A model generated the notes under the pieces. It was given only the letters and a program-made list of their open reading frames with translations, did no database searches and was not told the DNA's origin. Positions 29,828-41,024 of a stretch of DNA of 64,000 nt are shown piece after piece. Source of the stretch: a virus (lineage: Duplodnaviria; Heunggongvirae; Uroviricota; Caudoviricetes); IMG/VR virus record IMGVR_UViG_3300034019_002140; one strand, 5' to 3'. Positions within the stretch are counted from its first letter, which is position 1. Every line of letters begins with the position of its first letter. The position numbers and the translations under genes were made by a program.

Positions 29828-31180
29828 ATGAGATTCACCAATTTATTGAAGTCCATCATTTTGGAGGCACAAGAAAAAATTGATTTTTTGATTGATACTT
29901 ATGCTAAATCAAAAAAGAAGAAAGATGGTTCAATCAAAAAAGCAAAACTTACACCTAAAGAGTTGTCTATCTTAGTTGCGGCTGACCCCGAAACAAATCT
30001 TCATAATGTTGAAATTCCAACCTCAGACGTGAAGGAATTGGCTAAAGTTAAAGCAGGACCATACTCTCCGTGGATTATCAAAAGATATTTGGAATTGAAT
30101 CAGAATACTGAAATTCCTTATGGTGAATCAGGATATGAAAGAGAATTGAAGACGCTCAAGGATAGATTCATGGAGGATTTGTACAAAATTACCGAGGATT
30201 TAAAAAAGTTCGATAGATTTAAATCAAGAATTCCTCAAGAACTAAGAGATATCAATAAGTTGACTCCTGAAAAATTATATGATATCGTAAAAGATTTCGA
30301 TATAACAATCGCCACTACAACCAAAGCAGAAAGAAAATCTGCACCTGTACATCCTGGTGGGAAATTGGTTTTTGATTCACCTAATTTGAGAGTGGTTGAA
30401 ATAACAGACAAAGGAAATTTGGGTAAAGAGGCGGCTTGTTTTTATGGTGGAAATCAACAAGAAACAAGATGGTGTACATCAGCACCCGGTCTATCCCATT
30501 TTGATTATTATATCGGGAAAGGACCTCTATATGTAGTTTTTGACCCTTCAGACCCGAATGTTTCACCAACAACAGGATTACCTGTTGAAAGATTCCAATT
30601 ATCTTTCGAAACTGACCAATTCATGGACAGACATGACCATTCAATTGATATAATTGAAAAGTTGAATGGTCCTTGGAAGGAGCTCAAACAAGTGTTCAAA
30701 CCTAAATTTGCAAGGGGTCTCACAACTGGCGGTACGAAACTTACTATTGATAATTTCAAACATGGTAATGTTGGTAAATTTGTGGCACTTTATGGTTTGG
30801 AGGAACTATTTGAAAGTTTACCTGATACCCTTGATGAAATTGCTATCTCACAAAAATCAGATAAGGGACAAAACATTGACATCAAGATTCCTGCTTCCAT
30901 AAAAAGATTTAAAAATATGGAGGTAATATTGTTAGATAATTGTATTAGTTCTTTACCTGATGAAATTTGTGAACTGAAAGAATTGAAGTTTCTAAGCTTA
31001 CTCAATAACCCCAACTTAAAAGAACTACCTGACTGTTTGAACAATCTCAAAAATTTGGCCTTCATCGCTCTTACAGGTAGTCCCAATGTTCGTATTCCTG
31101 AGTGGTTAAAGAAGAGAGGTAAAACCATGAGAAAAGACGATAGTAATGGTAATCTTTGGGATTTGGAATATGATAAATAA
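29828..31180 (+). CDS. Hypothetical protein with C-terminal leucine-rich repeats.
   Basis: LxxLxLxxN-like spacing is seen in LPDEICELKELKFLSLLNNPNLKELPDCLNNLKNLAFIALTGSPNV. Confidence 0.45.
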   Translation: MRFTNLLKSIILEAQEKIDFLIDTYAKSKKKKDGSIKKAKLTPKELSILVAADPETNLHNVEIPTSDVKELAKVKAGPYSPWIIKRYLELNQNTEIPYGESGYERELKTLKDRFMEDLYKITEDLKKFDRFKSRIPQELRDINKLTPEKLYDIVKDFDITIATTTKAERKSAPVHPGGKLVFDSPNLRVVEITDKGNLGKEAACFYGGNQQETRWCTSAPGLSHFDYYIGKGPLYVVFDPSDPNVSPTTGLPVERFQLSFETDQFMDRHDHSIDIIEKLNGPWKELKQVFKPKFARGLTTGGTKLTIDNFKHGNVGKFVALYGLEELFESLPDTLDEIAISQKSDKGQNIDIKIPASIKRFKNMEVILLDNCISSLPDEICELKELKFLSLLNNPNLKELPDCLNNLKNLAFIALTGSPNVRIPEWLKKRGKTMRKDDSNGNLWDLEYDK

Positions 31181-31197
31181 TTACTAAATTTGTTTTT

Positions 31198-31482
31198 ATG
31201 AGTGTTGATGTAGAAATCTACATGAATAACATAATCAAATTTTTCAGAAATAATCCTAAGGATTTACAAAATCTTGTGCCTCTTCACAAGGAAGATGAGT
31301 TTTATAAAAAAATTCGAGAGGTTGCAACTAAAAATTCGTCAGAAGGGAAGGAGATTAGTTTAACTCAAAAACAATTATTGGACATTTGCGTTGTAATAAA
31401 CGGAAAAGAACCCAAACCCGATGAAATTTTGGATGAAAGAGTTTTCATCCCTTCTCCATTTGGTTTTATTTGTTTGAATTAA
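31198..31482 (+). CDS. Small hypothetical protein.
   Basis: ORF. Confidence 0.3.
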   Translation: MSVDVEIYMNNIIKFFRNNPKDLQNLVPLHKEDEFYKKIREVATKNSSEGKEISLTQKQLLDICVVINGKEPKPDEILDERVFIPSPFGFICLN

Positions 31483-33137
31483 AATTTTTCTTATTTTTGT
31501 GTCCTATGAATGACACAGTTATCTACAAAAAAGTTTTTCAAAGACATGTTTCGAGAGAAGCCCAAAACTATTCCCTCATAGATAGTAACAAAAAAGAATA
31601 TTACGACGGAGTCCACCCTTTTTTTGATTTTATATCAACATACAGAGACGAAGACACATTTAAGACTAATCTTAAAAATCTTTTATTTACAATTATTCAA
31701 GACACTGTAACAATTTTGATTGAACAGAAAGAAGAAAAAATTTCTTTAAAAATTTTCCAAAAATCTTTTTCAAGAAAGGTTGGACTTCAATATTTTAAAT
31801 TATATAAAAATATAAGGTATGTTACCGTCAACATGAAGTACGGTAATATATATTTTGGTGAAATGAACAATTATCAGAATAAGAAAAAAGTCCATAAGAA
31901 AGTTCGTTCAAATTTCATCATAAATGATTCTTTCAAAACTTTCAGAACATCACTCAAGAACATAATCAACGAATTCAGTGCGGACCAAAACACAGATGTT
32001 ATAAACGAAGTATCTAGAATTTTTTTGGATAAAATAGACGGAGGCGTTAAAGGATTATCATTTGGAGATAGACTTTTCAAGTATTATTTAGATAAGAAAC
32101 AAATAAAATACCCAAATAATTTTCCCTTATATTCAAACTTTCTTATTGGTAATTTCAGAAAAAAATTAAAAAAATTAGATAATAGATTGGTTGATACCTT
32201 CATGTTGATGAATGACATAAACGGAAAAAAATTAAAGAAAGTTCTCCATACTGCTAATCATCTAAATGTATCAAACTATAAAGTCGGACTTAAACTATTC
32301 GGTTCCGATTGGATAAATCAAGATGAAAAATTATTGAAGGATATATTCAATAATCAAGTTAGTTTGGATTTGAGTGATAAACAAATATCACAATTTAATT
32401 TGCTGATTTGTCCTAAAGAAAAAAAGAGGGTTTTCCTTTTGTTTAAAACATTCAATTCGAATAATGAAATTGATGAATGGACACTCAAAGACCACTTCCT
32501 TTTCTATATTCAATTGAAAAGTTTTGGGGAAACTGATATTGAGTGGAAATCTACAGATAACTCTGATTTTTTCAGAGAAGAGCATTTAGATTGGGTCAAT
32601 AAGTTAGAACATTATAAGAATGGTACTTACAATAGAATTTATCCAAAAATTTATTATGAGGTAATTCAAAATTTTCTAATAGGTGATATTCAGTTCTATC
32701 CTAAACTTCTCACTAATTCTTCGGAGTATAATAGTGAGAGTTCGATTCAAAGTAACTGTGTCAAAGGTTATATTGGTAGAGTGAGTTCTATAATCATTTC
32801 ACTAAGAAAGAATGATATAGATTCTAATGAAAGACTCACTATCGAATATAGAATTCATTATTTAAAAAATTCAGATAAAAGTCATATAGACCGTGTTCAA
32901 TGTTTGGGGAAATACAATAGCTTACCTGATAGTTCTTGGGATGAGCCTTTGAGAGTCTTGGATTCTCAGGTGAAAAAATTATTGAACGATTCTAATTTCC
33001 CTTTTTACAAACTAACTAAAGAATGTAGTAATGGGGTAAAATTCGAGTCAGATACAATGTTCAATCAGGATGGTTATCTTGAATGGACTTACAAAGCTAT
33101 TGATAATTCAGGTATGTCGGATTATTTTCTGTTTTGA
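31470..33137 (+). CDS. Large hypothetical protein (555 aa).
   Basis: ORF. No motif recognised. Confidence 0.45.
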   Translation: MFELKFFLFLCPMNDTVIYKKVFQRHVSREAQNYSLIDSNKKEYYDGVHPFFDFISTYRDEDTFKTNLKNLLFTIIQDTVTILIEQKEEKISLKIFQKSFSRKVGLQYFKLYKNIRYVTVNMKYGNIYFGEMNNYQNKKKVHKKVRSNFIINDSFKTFRTSLKNIINEFSADQNTDVINEVSRIFLDKIDGGVKGLSFGDRLFKYYLDKKQIKYPNNFPLYSNFLIGNFRKKLKKLDNRLVDTFMLMNDINGKKLKKVLHTANHLNVSNYKVGLKLFGSDWINQDEKLLKDIFNNQVSLDLSDKQISQFNLLICPKEKKRVFLLFKTFNSNNEIDEWTLKDHFLFYIQLKSFGETDIEWKSTDNSDFFREEHLDWVNKLEHYKNGTYNRIYPKIYYEVIQNFLIGDIQFYPKLLTNSSEYNSESSIQSNCVKGYIGRVSSIIISLRKNDIDSNERLTIEYRIHYLKNSDKSHIDRVQCLGKYNSLPDSSWDEPLRVLDSQVKKLLNDSNFPFYKLTKECSNGVKFESDTMFNQDGYLEWTYKAIDNSGMSDYFLF

Positions 33138-33472
33138 TGGATAGACACCAATATATTGTGAATTTAGAGAGAGATGGTAAATTTTTTTCTAATCTAAAAT
33201 TTACCATACCTGATTTAACCATTCCTAAAAATTTGAAGGATAAAAGATATTTTCCGGTTTATTCGGAAAGAATTCTTGGTCCCAATAATAAAACAACCCT
33301 CAAAAACTACATATTAAAATCGGCACAAGGATTTTATTTGTGTTTCGATAAGTTGGAAAATGATTCATCTGAGGTGACTATTTATTTTGAAGAGAGTCAA
33401 GATATCGAATTACAATTTTTCGTAAATAATTTTTTAAAAACTTTCAAAAATGCAACAACTAACAACAAATGA
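33134..33472 (+). CDS. Hypothetical protein.
   Basis: ORF, translationally coupled (overlapping stop/start). Confidence 0.35.
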   Translation: MMDRHQYIVNLERDGKFFSNLKFTIPDLTIPKNLKDKRYFPVYSERILGPNNKTTLKNYILKSAQGFYLCFDKLENDSSEVTIYFEESQDIELQFFVNNFLKTFKNATTNNK

Positions 33473-33776
33473 ACTAAAAGAAAAAATCAATAACAGAGAA
33501 AACTTCATATTAGATTTATATGCTACGTGGTGCGGACCCTGTAAAATGATGTTGTTTAATTTAGATAAATTAGAGGAGCATTTATCTAAAGAATCTGGAA
33601 ATACTCCAAAATACGGAATTTATAAATTTGACATTGACTCAGATAGAGAATTCATAATGAGTGAGATGGGTATCAGAAGCGTACCAACAATCAAAATATT
33701 CAAAGAAGGAAAAGAAGTTTTTTCAAAAGCGGGAGTTATGTCTACTCTTGAAGTTCTAAATTTATTACAAAATTAA
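33450..33776 (+). CDS. trx: Thioredoxin.
   Basis: WCGPC active site (LYATWCGPCKMM). Confidence 0.8.
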   Translation: MQQLTTNELKEKINNRENFILDLYATWCGPCKMMLFNLDKLEEHLSKESGNTPKYGIYKFDIDSDREFIMSEMGIRSVPTIKIFKEGKEVFSKAGVMSTLEVLNLLQN

Positions 33777-33779
33777 AAT

Positions 33780-34079
33780 ATGTCAAAATTATCTGTTATA
33801 GTTTATACAATGAAGGGATGTCCTCATTGCAAAGACTTCAAAGAGTTATTAGTTAAAGAAGGAATCGAATTTCACGATAGAGATATTGATGAATACGAGG
33901 AAGAGTATGATATATTTTCCAAAGTAACAGACAACGATATGATACCTGCTTTACTTGTCATAGAGGGAGACCTTAAAAAACATGAATCTTTTTTATATGT
34001 TCCCGAAAAAAATTACAACGAGCTTACGGAAGCCGTAGATATTATAAGAGGACATCAAAAAAAATTAGGGATTATCTAA
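33780..34079 (+). CDS. Glutaredoxin/NrdH-like redoxin.
   Basis: CPHC active site near the N-terminus (VYTMKGCPHCKDFKELL), ~99 aa. Confidence 0.65.
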   Translation: MSKLSVIVYTMKGCPHCKDFKELLVKEGIEFHDRDIDEYEEEYDIFSKVTDNDMIPALLVIEGDLKKHESFLYVPEKNYNELTEAVDIIRGHQKKLGII

Positions 34080-34765
34080 ATTGAAATAATTCCTTTTATT
34101 TTCTTTTTTAAAAAATCTAAGTCTTTCTCATAAAAATTTAGTTCTTCGTTCCAATTAGATTCGATGACCTCCTTTTTGAATTTCTGAGCATTGGTATCTA
34201 CACAATCTAAAAAAAGAGAGTTCAGAGTTTCTGAGACGGTGCCATCTTCCTCTTGAAATAAGATTTCTATTTGACCTTTATCTTTTTTTATCGTTAGAAG
34301 TAATTTCTCAAAAACTAAATTAGGTGGTATATTGTATACTAGTCTTTTTGCAAAGAAATAAAGAAGTCGTCCCATTTCCAAAGAATAACCGAATGGAAAC
34401 TTAGAACTAATGACAAGTTCGTCCGCCATTTCTAAAATTTCTTTTTTGATACTACAATTCTCTGAGTTATAAAAAAAGCCTGAAAATTTTTTCACCTCTG
34501 ATAGTTTACACCCATAGTCAATCAAATCTATGGTATTTAGAAGTTTCTTCTCATTTTTCAAGTCTGGATTTTTGGTATAAAATTCGTCTTTGACTTTGTT
34601 CAAATCTAATATTTCTTTAGAGGTGGTCTTCCCCTTTACAACGTAAAAATTTTCACAATCAACAACCTGAATTATAGAATTTTCTTTGAATTGTATTTTA
34701 GATAAAATAAACTCTGAGAGAGAATTTACAAAAAATTCACGAGATGTTCTAGATAATATTTTCAT
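34076..34765 (-). CDS. Hypothetical protein on the minus strand.
   Basis: ORF convergent with the redoxin gene. Confidence 0.4.
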   Translation of the reverse strand: MKILSRTSREFFVNSLSEFILSKIQFKENSIIQVVDCENFYVVKGKTTSKEILDLNKVKDEFYTKNPDLKNEKKLLNTIDLIDYGCKLSEVKKFSGFFYNSENCSIKKEILEMADELVISSKFPFGYSLEMGRLLYFFAKRLVYNIPPNLVFEKLLLTIKKDKGQIEILFQEEDGTVSETLNSLFLDCVDTNAQKFKKEVIESNWNEELNFYEKDLDFLKKKIKGIISI

Positions 34766-34878
34766 CTTATATTTATTACTTCTTCAATCATAATTAATTT
34801 TTGAAAAATAATGAAGACTAACTAATATTTCCAAAACATTTAGTGTATTTGGATATTTATCATTAGTATTTAAAAAGG

Positions 34879-37800
34879 ATGGGAAAAAATATTTTAATTG
34901 TTCCGAGTAATTTCACTGAGAGGACTGCTAACCGTACTCCATTTATAAGTTATGAGGGTACCACGGGTCAGGTTATTCTGACGGTTACACCTTCAGGTAA
35001 AATTAAATTCAGCGGTAATACTGTTGGTGATACAAATTTGATGACAGTAGACCCTGCAAATTCTACAGTTTCAGTAAACACTATTTTTGTAGGAAATTAC
35101 CTTGCAATAGGAGGGGTTCAGGTAATAAATGCCACAAACAATTGGATTGGACCCACAACAGGTATAGCTGGTTCTCAGGGTGCAAAAGGATTCAACGGAA
35201 ATACAGGTCCTACGGGTGCAATAGGTAACACAGGAGCACAAGGTGCTATTGGTGCTGCAGGCGCCACAGGACCTCAAGGTGCTCAAGGTACATTTGGGCC
35301 TAAGGGTGCTCAAGGAACTGCCGGAGCACAAGGAAATACGGGTGCTCAAGGTAACAATGGACCCAAGGGTGCCACAGGAGCACAAGGGTCAGCAGGTGCG
35401 CCAGGTAATACAGGTAACCCTGGACCTACAGGACAAAGTGGACACCCTGGTCCACAAGGACCAACGGGAGCCGTTGGTAATACAGGAGCACAGGGTGCGA
35501 TTGGGGTTACAGGACCCACAGGTAATACAGGTGCTCAAGGACCTGTAGGACCAACAGGTGGACAAGGTGCTCAAGGACCACAAGGAGCTCAAGGTCCAAA
35601 AGGATTTTCAGGTGCACAAGGTGCAACAGGAAACACAGGTGGAACAGGACCCACAGGAAATACAGGACATCCTGGCGCTCAGGGTGCTACAGGAAATCCT
35701 GGACCTACGGGTGTCACAGGGTCTCAAGGAGCCGTTGGACCCACCGGTGCTATAGGAGCTCAAGGACCCAAAGGAGCACAAGGGAATACTGGAAACACAG
35801 GGGCACAAGGAGCCACAGGAAATCCTGGTCCACAAGGTTTCACAGGTAATGTTGGTGCGGTAGGGCCCACAGGTGCGATTGGTCCAAAGGGACCACAAGG
35901 ACCTACAGGAAATACAGGTAATGTGGGACCACAAGGTGCCACAGGTACCACAGGCCCAACAGGTGATACAGGAGCTACAGGACCTGCAGGACCACAAGGT
36001 GCTGTGGGACCAAAAGGAGACACAGGTAATACGGGGGCTCAGGGTGCTGTGGGGCCACAAGGAGCAACTGGTCCGACAGGACTTTCAGGTGCTCAAGGTG
36101 CCCAAGGTGGGGTAGGACCGACAGGGGCTACAGGACCACAAGGAGCTCAAGGACCTGCGGGTAATACGGGTCATTCTGGTGCACAAGGTGCTACAGGACC
36201 AACAGGGCCTGGAGGTAACACAGGTGCTCAAGGGGCGGTTGGACCGAAAGGGGCTACAGGACCTCAGGGAGCTCAAGGACCCGCAGGTGGTACAGGTAAC
36301 ACAGGGGCTCAGGGTGCCACAGGACCACAAGGTTCGCAAGGGGCGGGTGGTGGAACAGGTCATCCAGGTGCCCAAGGTCCCCAAGGAGCGATAGGACCAC
36401 AAGGTTCACAAGGAGCCACAGGACACACTGGTGCTCAAGGCCCACAAGGTGCCACAGGACCACAAGGCTCACAAGGGGCTACAGGACATCCTGGTGCCCA
36501 AGGTAGTCAGGGTGCGGCCGGACCAAAAGGACCTAATGGATTCACAGGTCATCCTGGAGCGCAAGGACCGCAAGGTTCAGCGGGAGCAACGGGTGCTCAA
36601 GGTCAGACAGGTCATCCGGGGGCACAAGGTGCAGGTGGACCTACTGGGTCTCAAGGACAAGGGGGTGGTACAGGACATCCTGGAGCTCAAGGTGCCATAG
36701 GACCCAAAGGACCTCAAGGACCTACAGGTGCTACTGGCCATCCTGGTGCTCAAGGTGCTGGTGGAGGTACTGGTAACGAGGGGGCACCAGGTTTCACAGG
36801 ACATCCAGGTGCACAAGGTGCTACAGGACCAGGAGGTAGTCCGGGTGCTCAGGGTTCACAAGGTTCCCAAGGACCTCAAGGAGCTCAAGGAAATACCGGT
36901 CCGACCGGCGTACCGGGAGCTACGGGGCATCCTGGTGCTCAAGGAGCGGTCGGTCCAACTGGCCCACAAGGTCCGTCAGGTAATACAGGACATCCTGGTG
37001 CACAGGGAGCAACGGGTCCTACAGGACCTCAAGGAAATACAGGTGCCACGGGTGCTATTGGACCCCAAGGTGCGGGAGGTGCCACAGGCTCACAAGGGGC
37101 TGTAGGACCTCAAGGAGCAACTGGAGCCACAGGAGCCCAAGGTCCACAAGGTCCAGGTGGTCCTACAGGACCTGGCGGGGCACAAGGTGCTCAAGGAGGA
37201 GGAGGTGCCACAGGACCTCAAGGACCACAAGGTCCAAAGGGACCTCAGGGTGCTACAGGTCCTACAGGGGGTCCTGGTCCAACTGGACCACAAGGTCCTC
37301 AGGGACCAACAGGAGCACCTGGACCTACAGGTGCCACAGGACCACAAGGTCCTACAGGTGGTCAAGGTACACAAGGCTCATTAGGTGCAACAGGAGGGCA
37401 GGGTGCTCAAGGTTCCCAAGGAGCTGTTGGACCTGGAGGTGTAACATGTCAACTGAATAGTATTATTGCTCTTACAGGAAGTAGAAACCCATGTGTAGGT
37501 GTTTGTAATATCACTGTACCCAACGTTTATCCATACACTCAAACTGCTTACACAGCCACACAAAACAAATATTTCGATGCTACGAATTGTTCAAATGGTA
37601 CTTGTGATTGGAATACTTATAACTGGGAACAATGGAATAGTGCATGTTATTCATTAAACGCCACTTGTGGTAATGGTACCTATCAGCAGGCTTGTGCTTA
37701 TTCTGACGTGAAACTTAAAACAGGTATTGAAACCTTGAAAGATTCTCTTATAAAAATATTGGAAATAGAAACTGTTGAGTATGATTGGAACGAAAAAAAT

Positions 37801-38040
37801 TGGGGTACCAAAGAAGAGTATGAATATTTTGCTCAGATGGGAAGATTACATCAGATAGGTCTAATTGCACAAAACGTAAGAATTCATTTCCCTGAAGCTG
37901 TTGGAATCGGTCCTGATGGATATTATTACATTGACTACAAGAAATTAAATTCTGTTGTAGTTGAAGGTATAAAAGAACAACAAGTATTTATTGAAGAGAT
38001 AACTAAACAAGTAGACGAATTAGAAATTAAATTGAGATAA
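34879..38040 (+). CDS. Collagen-like fibre protein 1: N-terminal domain, ~800 aa of G-X-Y repeats, a Cys-rich knob, and a C-terminal peptidase-S74 intramolecular chaperone domain.
   Basis: Continuous G-X-Y triplets ([25 protein letters not shown]...). The C-terminus [12 protein letters not shown]...VEYDWN...IGLIAQNV...FPEAV...[20 protein letters not shown] matches the phage fibre intramolecular-chaperone domain. Confidence 0.8.
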   Translation: MGKNILIVPSNFTERTANRTPFISYEGTTGQVILTVTPSGKIKFSGNTVGDTNLMTVDPANSTVSVNTIFVGNYLAIGGVQVINATNNWIGPTTGIAGSQGAKGFNGNTGPTGAIGNTGAQGAIGAAGATGPQGAQGTFGPKGAQGTAGAQGNTGAQGNNGPKGATGAQGSAGAPGNTGNPGPTGQSGHPGPQGPTGAVGNTGAQGAIGVTGPTGNTGAQGPVGPTGGQGAQGPQGAQGPKGFSGAQGATGNTGGTGPTGNTGHPGAQGATGNPGPTGVTGSQGAVGPTGAIGAQGPKGAQGNTGNTGAQGATGNPGPQGFTGNVGAVGPTGAIGPKGPQGPTGNTGNVGPQGATGTTGPTGDTGATGPAGPQGAVGPKGDTGNTGAQGAVGPQGATGPTGLSGAQGAQGGVGPTGATGPQGAQGPAGNTGHSGAQGATGPTGPGGNTGAQGAVGPKGATGPQGAQGPAGGTGNTGAQGATGPQGSQGAGGGTGHPGAQGPQGAIGPQGSQGATGHTGAQGPQGATGPQGSQGATGHPGAQGSQGAAGPKGPNGFTGHPGAQGPQGSAGATGAQGQTGHPGAQGAGGPTGSQGQGGGTGHPGAQGAIGPKGPQGPTGATGHPGAQGAGGGTGNEGAPGFTGHPGAQGATGPGGSPGAQGSQGSQGPQGAQGNTGPTGVPGATGHPGAQGAVGPTGPQGPSGNTGHPGAQGATGPTGPQGNTGATGAIGPQGAGGATGSQGAVGPQGATGATGAQGPQGPGGPTGPGGAQGAQGGGGATGPQGPQGPKGPQGATGPTGGPGPTGPQGPQGPTGAPGPTGATGPQGPTGGQGTQGSLGATGGQGAQGSQGAVGPGGVTCQLNSIIALTGSRNPCVGVCNITVPNVYPYTQTAYTATQNKYFDATNCSNGTCDWNTYNWEQWNSACYSLNATCGNGTYQQACAYSDVKLKTGIETLKDSLIKILEIETVEYDWNEKNWGTKEEYEYFAQMGRLHQIGLIAQNVRIHFPEAVGIGPDGYYYIDYKKLNSVVVEGIKEQQVFIEEITKQVDELEIKLR
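35140..37440 (+). repeat. Collagen-like G-X-Y triplet repeat array in fibre gene 1.
   Basis: 9-nt ggt-nnn-nnn periodicity over ~2.3 kb. Confidence 0.8.
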
Positions 38041-41024
38041 TGCCATCTAATGTAATTATATATCCTACCGGTAGAACGTGGAACACTGACCCTCATTTTA
38101 TTTTTGATGATGGAACTAATAAATTACAATTCAACGTTTTAACTGACGCAATAAGTCTGTCTGCTGGGTCAATTTCAAATAATTTTGTAATTGGTACAAA
38201 AGGTTCAGACAATGGTGTCACAACCTCAGGGGCTTCCGCACAGTCACTATATTTCAACGCCTCACAATTCATAGGTTCTGGAGGTGTTTGGGTCGGACCA
38301 ACTGCCGGTATCGCTGGTGCTCAGGGAGCTCAAGGTGCTCAGGGAGCCCAAGGTGGTCAGGGAGCTCAAGGAGCTCAAGGTGCAAATACAGGAGCTCAAG
38401 GTGCTACAGGTGCCCAAGGAGCAACAGGCGCACAAGGTGCGGCAAACACAACACAAGGTGCTCAAGGTACAATTGGGTCTCAAGGAGCTCAGGGTGCCAC
38501 AGGAGCTCAGGGTGGAAATACGGGTGCTCAAGGAGCCACAGGAGCTCAAGGTAACCAAGGAGCTCAAGGTGCTCAAGGAGGAACAGTTGGAGCTCAGGGT
38601 GCTCAGGGTGGTCAGGGAGCTCAAGGTGCTCAAGGTGCTCAAGGTGCAAACACAGGTGCTCAGGGTGCGACAGGTCCCCAAGGAGCCCAAGGAGCGGTAG
38701 GTGCTACAGGAGGAGTTCAAGGTGCTCAAGGTGCCGTCGGTGCCACAGGTGATTTAGGTGCTCAGGGAGCTCAAGGAGCCAATACCGGAGCCCAAGGTGC
38801 TCAAGGTGCACAGGGAACTCAAGGTGCACAAGGTGCTCAGGGAGGAAATACTGGTGCACAAGGTGCTCAGGGTACTCAGGGTACACAAGGTGCTACAGGT
38901 GCTCAAGGAGGAGTACAAGGTGCTCAAGGTGCTATAGGTACTACAGGACCACAAGGTGCTCAAGGGGCCCAAGGGGCAAACACAGGAGCTCAAGGTGCTC
39001 AAGGTGGTCAAGGTGCTCAAGGAGCTCAAGGTGCTCAAGGAGGAGTACAAGGTGCTCAAGGGGCTACAGGTCCTACGGGGGTACAAGGAGCACAAGGTGC
39101 ACAAGGAGGAGTACAAGGAGCACAAGGTGCAACAGGACCTCAAGGAGCTCAAGGGGCTCAGGGATTACAAGGTGGACTTCAAGGTGCCCAAGGTGCAACA
39201 GGTGCTCAAGGTGCACAAGGTTCTACAGGTGCTCAAGGAGGTACCCAAGGAGCTCAAGGTGCCACAGGACCACAAGGTGCACAAGGAGCAATAGGAGCTC
39301 AAGGAGGAGTACAAGGTGCTCAGGGTGCAACAGGAGCAGCGGGAGCTCAAGGTGCTCAAGGAGCCCAAGGTGCAAATACAGGTGCTCAAGGCGCCACAGG
39401 ACCTCAAGGTGCTCAGGGGGCGACAGGAGCCCAAGGGGGTGTACAAGGTGCTCAAGGCGCCACAGGTCCTCAAGGTGCTCAAGGTGCTCAGGGGGCTCAA
39501 GGTGCAAATACAGGAGCTCAGGGTGCTACAGGTCCTCAAGGTGCTCAAGGTGCTCAGGGAGCCCAGGGTGCCAGTCCAGGTGCTCAGGGCGCTCAAGGTC
39601 CAAAAGGACCTCAAGGTGCTCAAGGAGCCCAAGGTGGAAGTGCAGGTGCCACGGGTGCGCAAGGTGCAACAGGTCCTCAAGGAGCTCAAGGTGCCCAAAG
39701 TGGTATAACAGGACAGGCAGGAGCTCAGGGTGCTACAGGTCCCCAAGGGGCACAAGGTGCTCAAGGTGGAAGTGCCGGTGCTACAGGAGCAGTCGGTGCA
39801 CAAGGAGCTACAGGAGCACAAGGAGCCCAAGGTGCTAATCAAGGAGCACAAGGTGCTACGGGTGCTACAGGAGCTCAAGGTGCTCAAGGTGCTCAAGGTG
39901 CTAATCAAGGAGCCCAAGGTGCGACAGGTCCACAAGGTGCTCAGGGTTCACAGGGTGCACAAGGTGCTAATCAGGGAGCACAGGGGGCTCAAGGAGCTCA
40001 AGGTGCTCAAGGTTCTCAGGGAGCACAAGGAGCCAATCAGGGTGCACAAGGTGCTACAGGTCCACAAGGTGCACAAGGTGCAATTGGACCAAATAATACG
40101 ACACAAGGTGCTCAAGGTGCTCAGGGAGGTCAAGGTACTCAGGGAAGTCAAGGAGCACAGGGTGCTAACCAAGGCGCTCAAGGGGCACCTGGAGTTCAAG
40201 GAGCTCAAGGAGCACAAGGTGCACAGGGTGCTAATCAAGGGGCTCAGGGAGCACCTGGAGTTCAAGGTGCTCAAGGTGCTCAAGGTTCTCAAAGTGCTAC
40301 TTCGGGAGCACAAGGTTCTACAGGACCTCAAGGTGCTCAAGGTTCTACAGGACCCGGTCCTGGTCCGCAAGGAGCCCAAGGTCCACAAGGATTGACTGGA
40401 GGTGGAGGGAACACAGGTGCACAAGGGTCCCAAGGAGCTACAGGAGCCACGGGTCCTACAGGTGCTCCTGGTGGAACAGGAGCCACAGGTGCTCAAGGAG
40501 CCACAGGATTTGCTGGAAGTACTCAGGGTGCTCCAGGTGTACCAGGACCACAGGGGGCTCAAGGTCCGACAGGTGTTGGTGGTGCCACAGGCCCAACAGG
40601 CCCAACAGGTTTCAAGGGGAATACAGGCCCAACAGGCCCAACAGGTGCCACAGGTGCTCAGGGAGCACAAGGCGCTAAGTCAGATAAAAGATTAAAAGAT
40701 AATATAGTTGAATTCAAAGAACCTCTCACCCGTCTGAAACAAATCCAAGGTGTTAAATTTACTTGGGACCATGAACATCCTAAAATTAAATTTCATAAGC
40801 ACCTGAATGCTAAAGAAGCGTTCACAGGTGATACTTATGGATTCATAGCTCAAGATGTAGAAAAAGTATTTCCTGAGATTGTTGACACTGACCCAACTGA
40901 TGGATACAAATCTATGGATTATGGACTCTTGGTTAGTTTAGCCTTCGCATCAATTAAAGAGAATCAAAAAAGAATATTGTCAGTGAAAGATAGAATAAAT
41001 AGATTAAAACAAGTAGTGAACTAA
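38040..41024 (+). CDS. Collagen-like fibre protein 2 with a C-terminal S74 intramolecular chaperone domain.
   Basis: The ATG overlaps the upstream TAA (ATGA-type coupling). G-X-Y repeats are dominated by GAQ. The C-terminus is [32 protein letters not shown]...[15 protein letters not shown]...[18 protein letters not shown]. Confidence 0.8.
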   Translation: MPSNVIIYPTGRTWNTDPHFIFDDGTNKLQFNVLTDAISLSAGSISNNFVIGTKGSDNGVTTSGASAQSLYFNASQFIGSGGVWVGPTAGIAGAQGAQGAQGAQGGQGAQGAQGANTGAQGATGAQGATGAQGAANTTQGAQGTIGSQGAQGATGAQGGNTGAQGATGAQGNQGAQGAQGGTVGAQGAQGGQGAQGAQGAQGANTGAQGATGPQGAQGAVGATGGVQGAQGAVGATGDLGAQGAQGANTGAQGAQGAQGTQGAQGAQGGNTGAQGAQGTQGTQGATGAQGGVQGAQGAIGTTGPQGAQGAQGANTGAQGAQGGQGAQGAQGAQGGVQGAQGATGPTGVQGAQGAQGGVQGAQGATGPQGAQGAQGLQGGLQGAQGATGAQGAQGSTGAQGGTQGAQGATGPQGAQGAIGAQGGVQGAQGATGAAGAQGAQGAQGANTGAQGATGPQGAQGATGAQGGVQGAQGATGPQGAQGAQGAQGANTGAQGATGPQGAQGAQGAQGASPGAQGAQGPKGPQGAQGAQGGSAGATGAQGATGPQGAQGAQSGITGQAGAQGATGPQGAQGAQGGSAGATGAVGAQGATGAQGAQGANQGAQGATGATGAQGAQGAQGANQGAQGATGPQGAQGSQGAQGANQGAQGAQGAQGAQGSQGAQGANQGAQGATGPQGAQGAIGPNNTTQGAQGAQGGQGTQGSQGAQGANQGAQGAPGVQGAQGAQGAQGANQGAQGAPGVQGAQGAQGSQSATSGAQGSTGPQGAQGSTGPGPGPQGAQGPQGLTGGGGNTGAQGSQGATGATGPTGAPGGTGATGAQGATGFAGSTQGAPGVPGPQGAQGPTGVGGATGPTGPTGFKGNTGPTGPTGATGAQGAQGAKSDKRLKDNIVEFKEPLTRLKQIQGVKFTWDHEHPKIKFHKHLNAKEAFTGDTYGFIAQDVEKVFPEIVDTDPTDGYKSMDYGLLVSLAFASIKENQKRILSVKDRINRLKQVVN
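38290..40680 (+). repeat. Collagen-like G-X-Y triplet repeat array in fibre gene 2.
   Basis: ggtgctcaaggwgc units repeated. Confidence 0.8.

Noticed and set aside
35071-37563. Multiple minus-strand and off-frame ORFs (for example 35608..36060 -, 36085..36402 -, 36728..37105 +) overlapping collagen-like fibre gene 1.
   Set aside because: They are products of the 9-nt G-X-Y periodicity, which keeps alternative frames open. Their translations are low-complexity (C/S/T/L or K/V/L/Q-rich) mirror images of the collagen repeat and lie wholly inside a strongly supported gene.
38262-40695. Overlapping ORFs on both strands (for example 39165..39935 -, 39948..40670 -, 39730..40395 +) within collagen-like fibre gene 2.
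   Set aside because: Same repeat-driven artefact as above.
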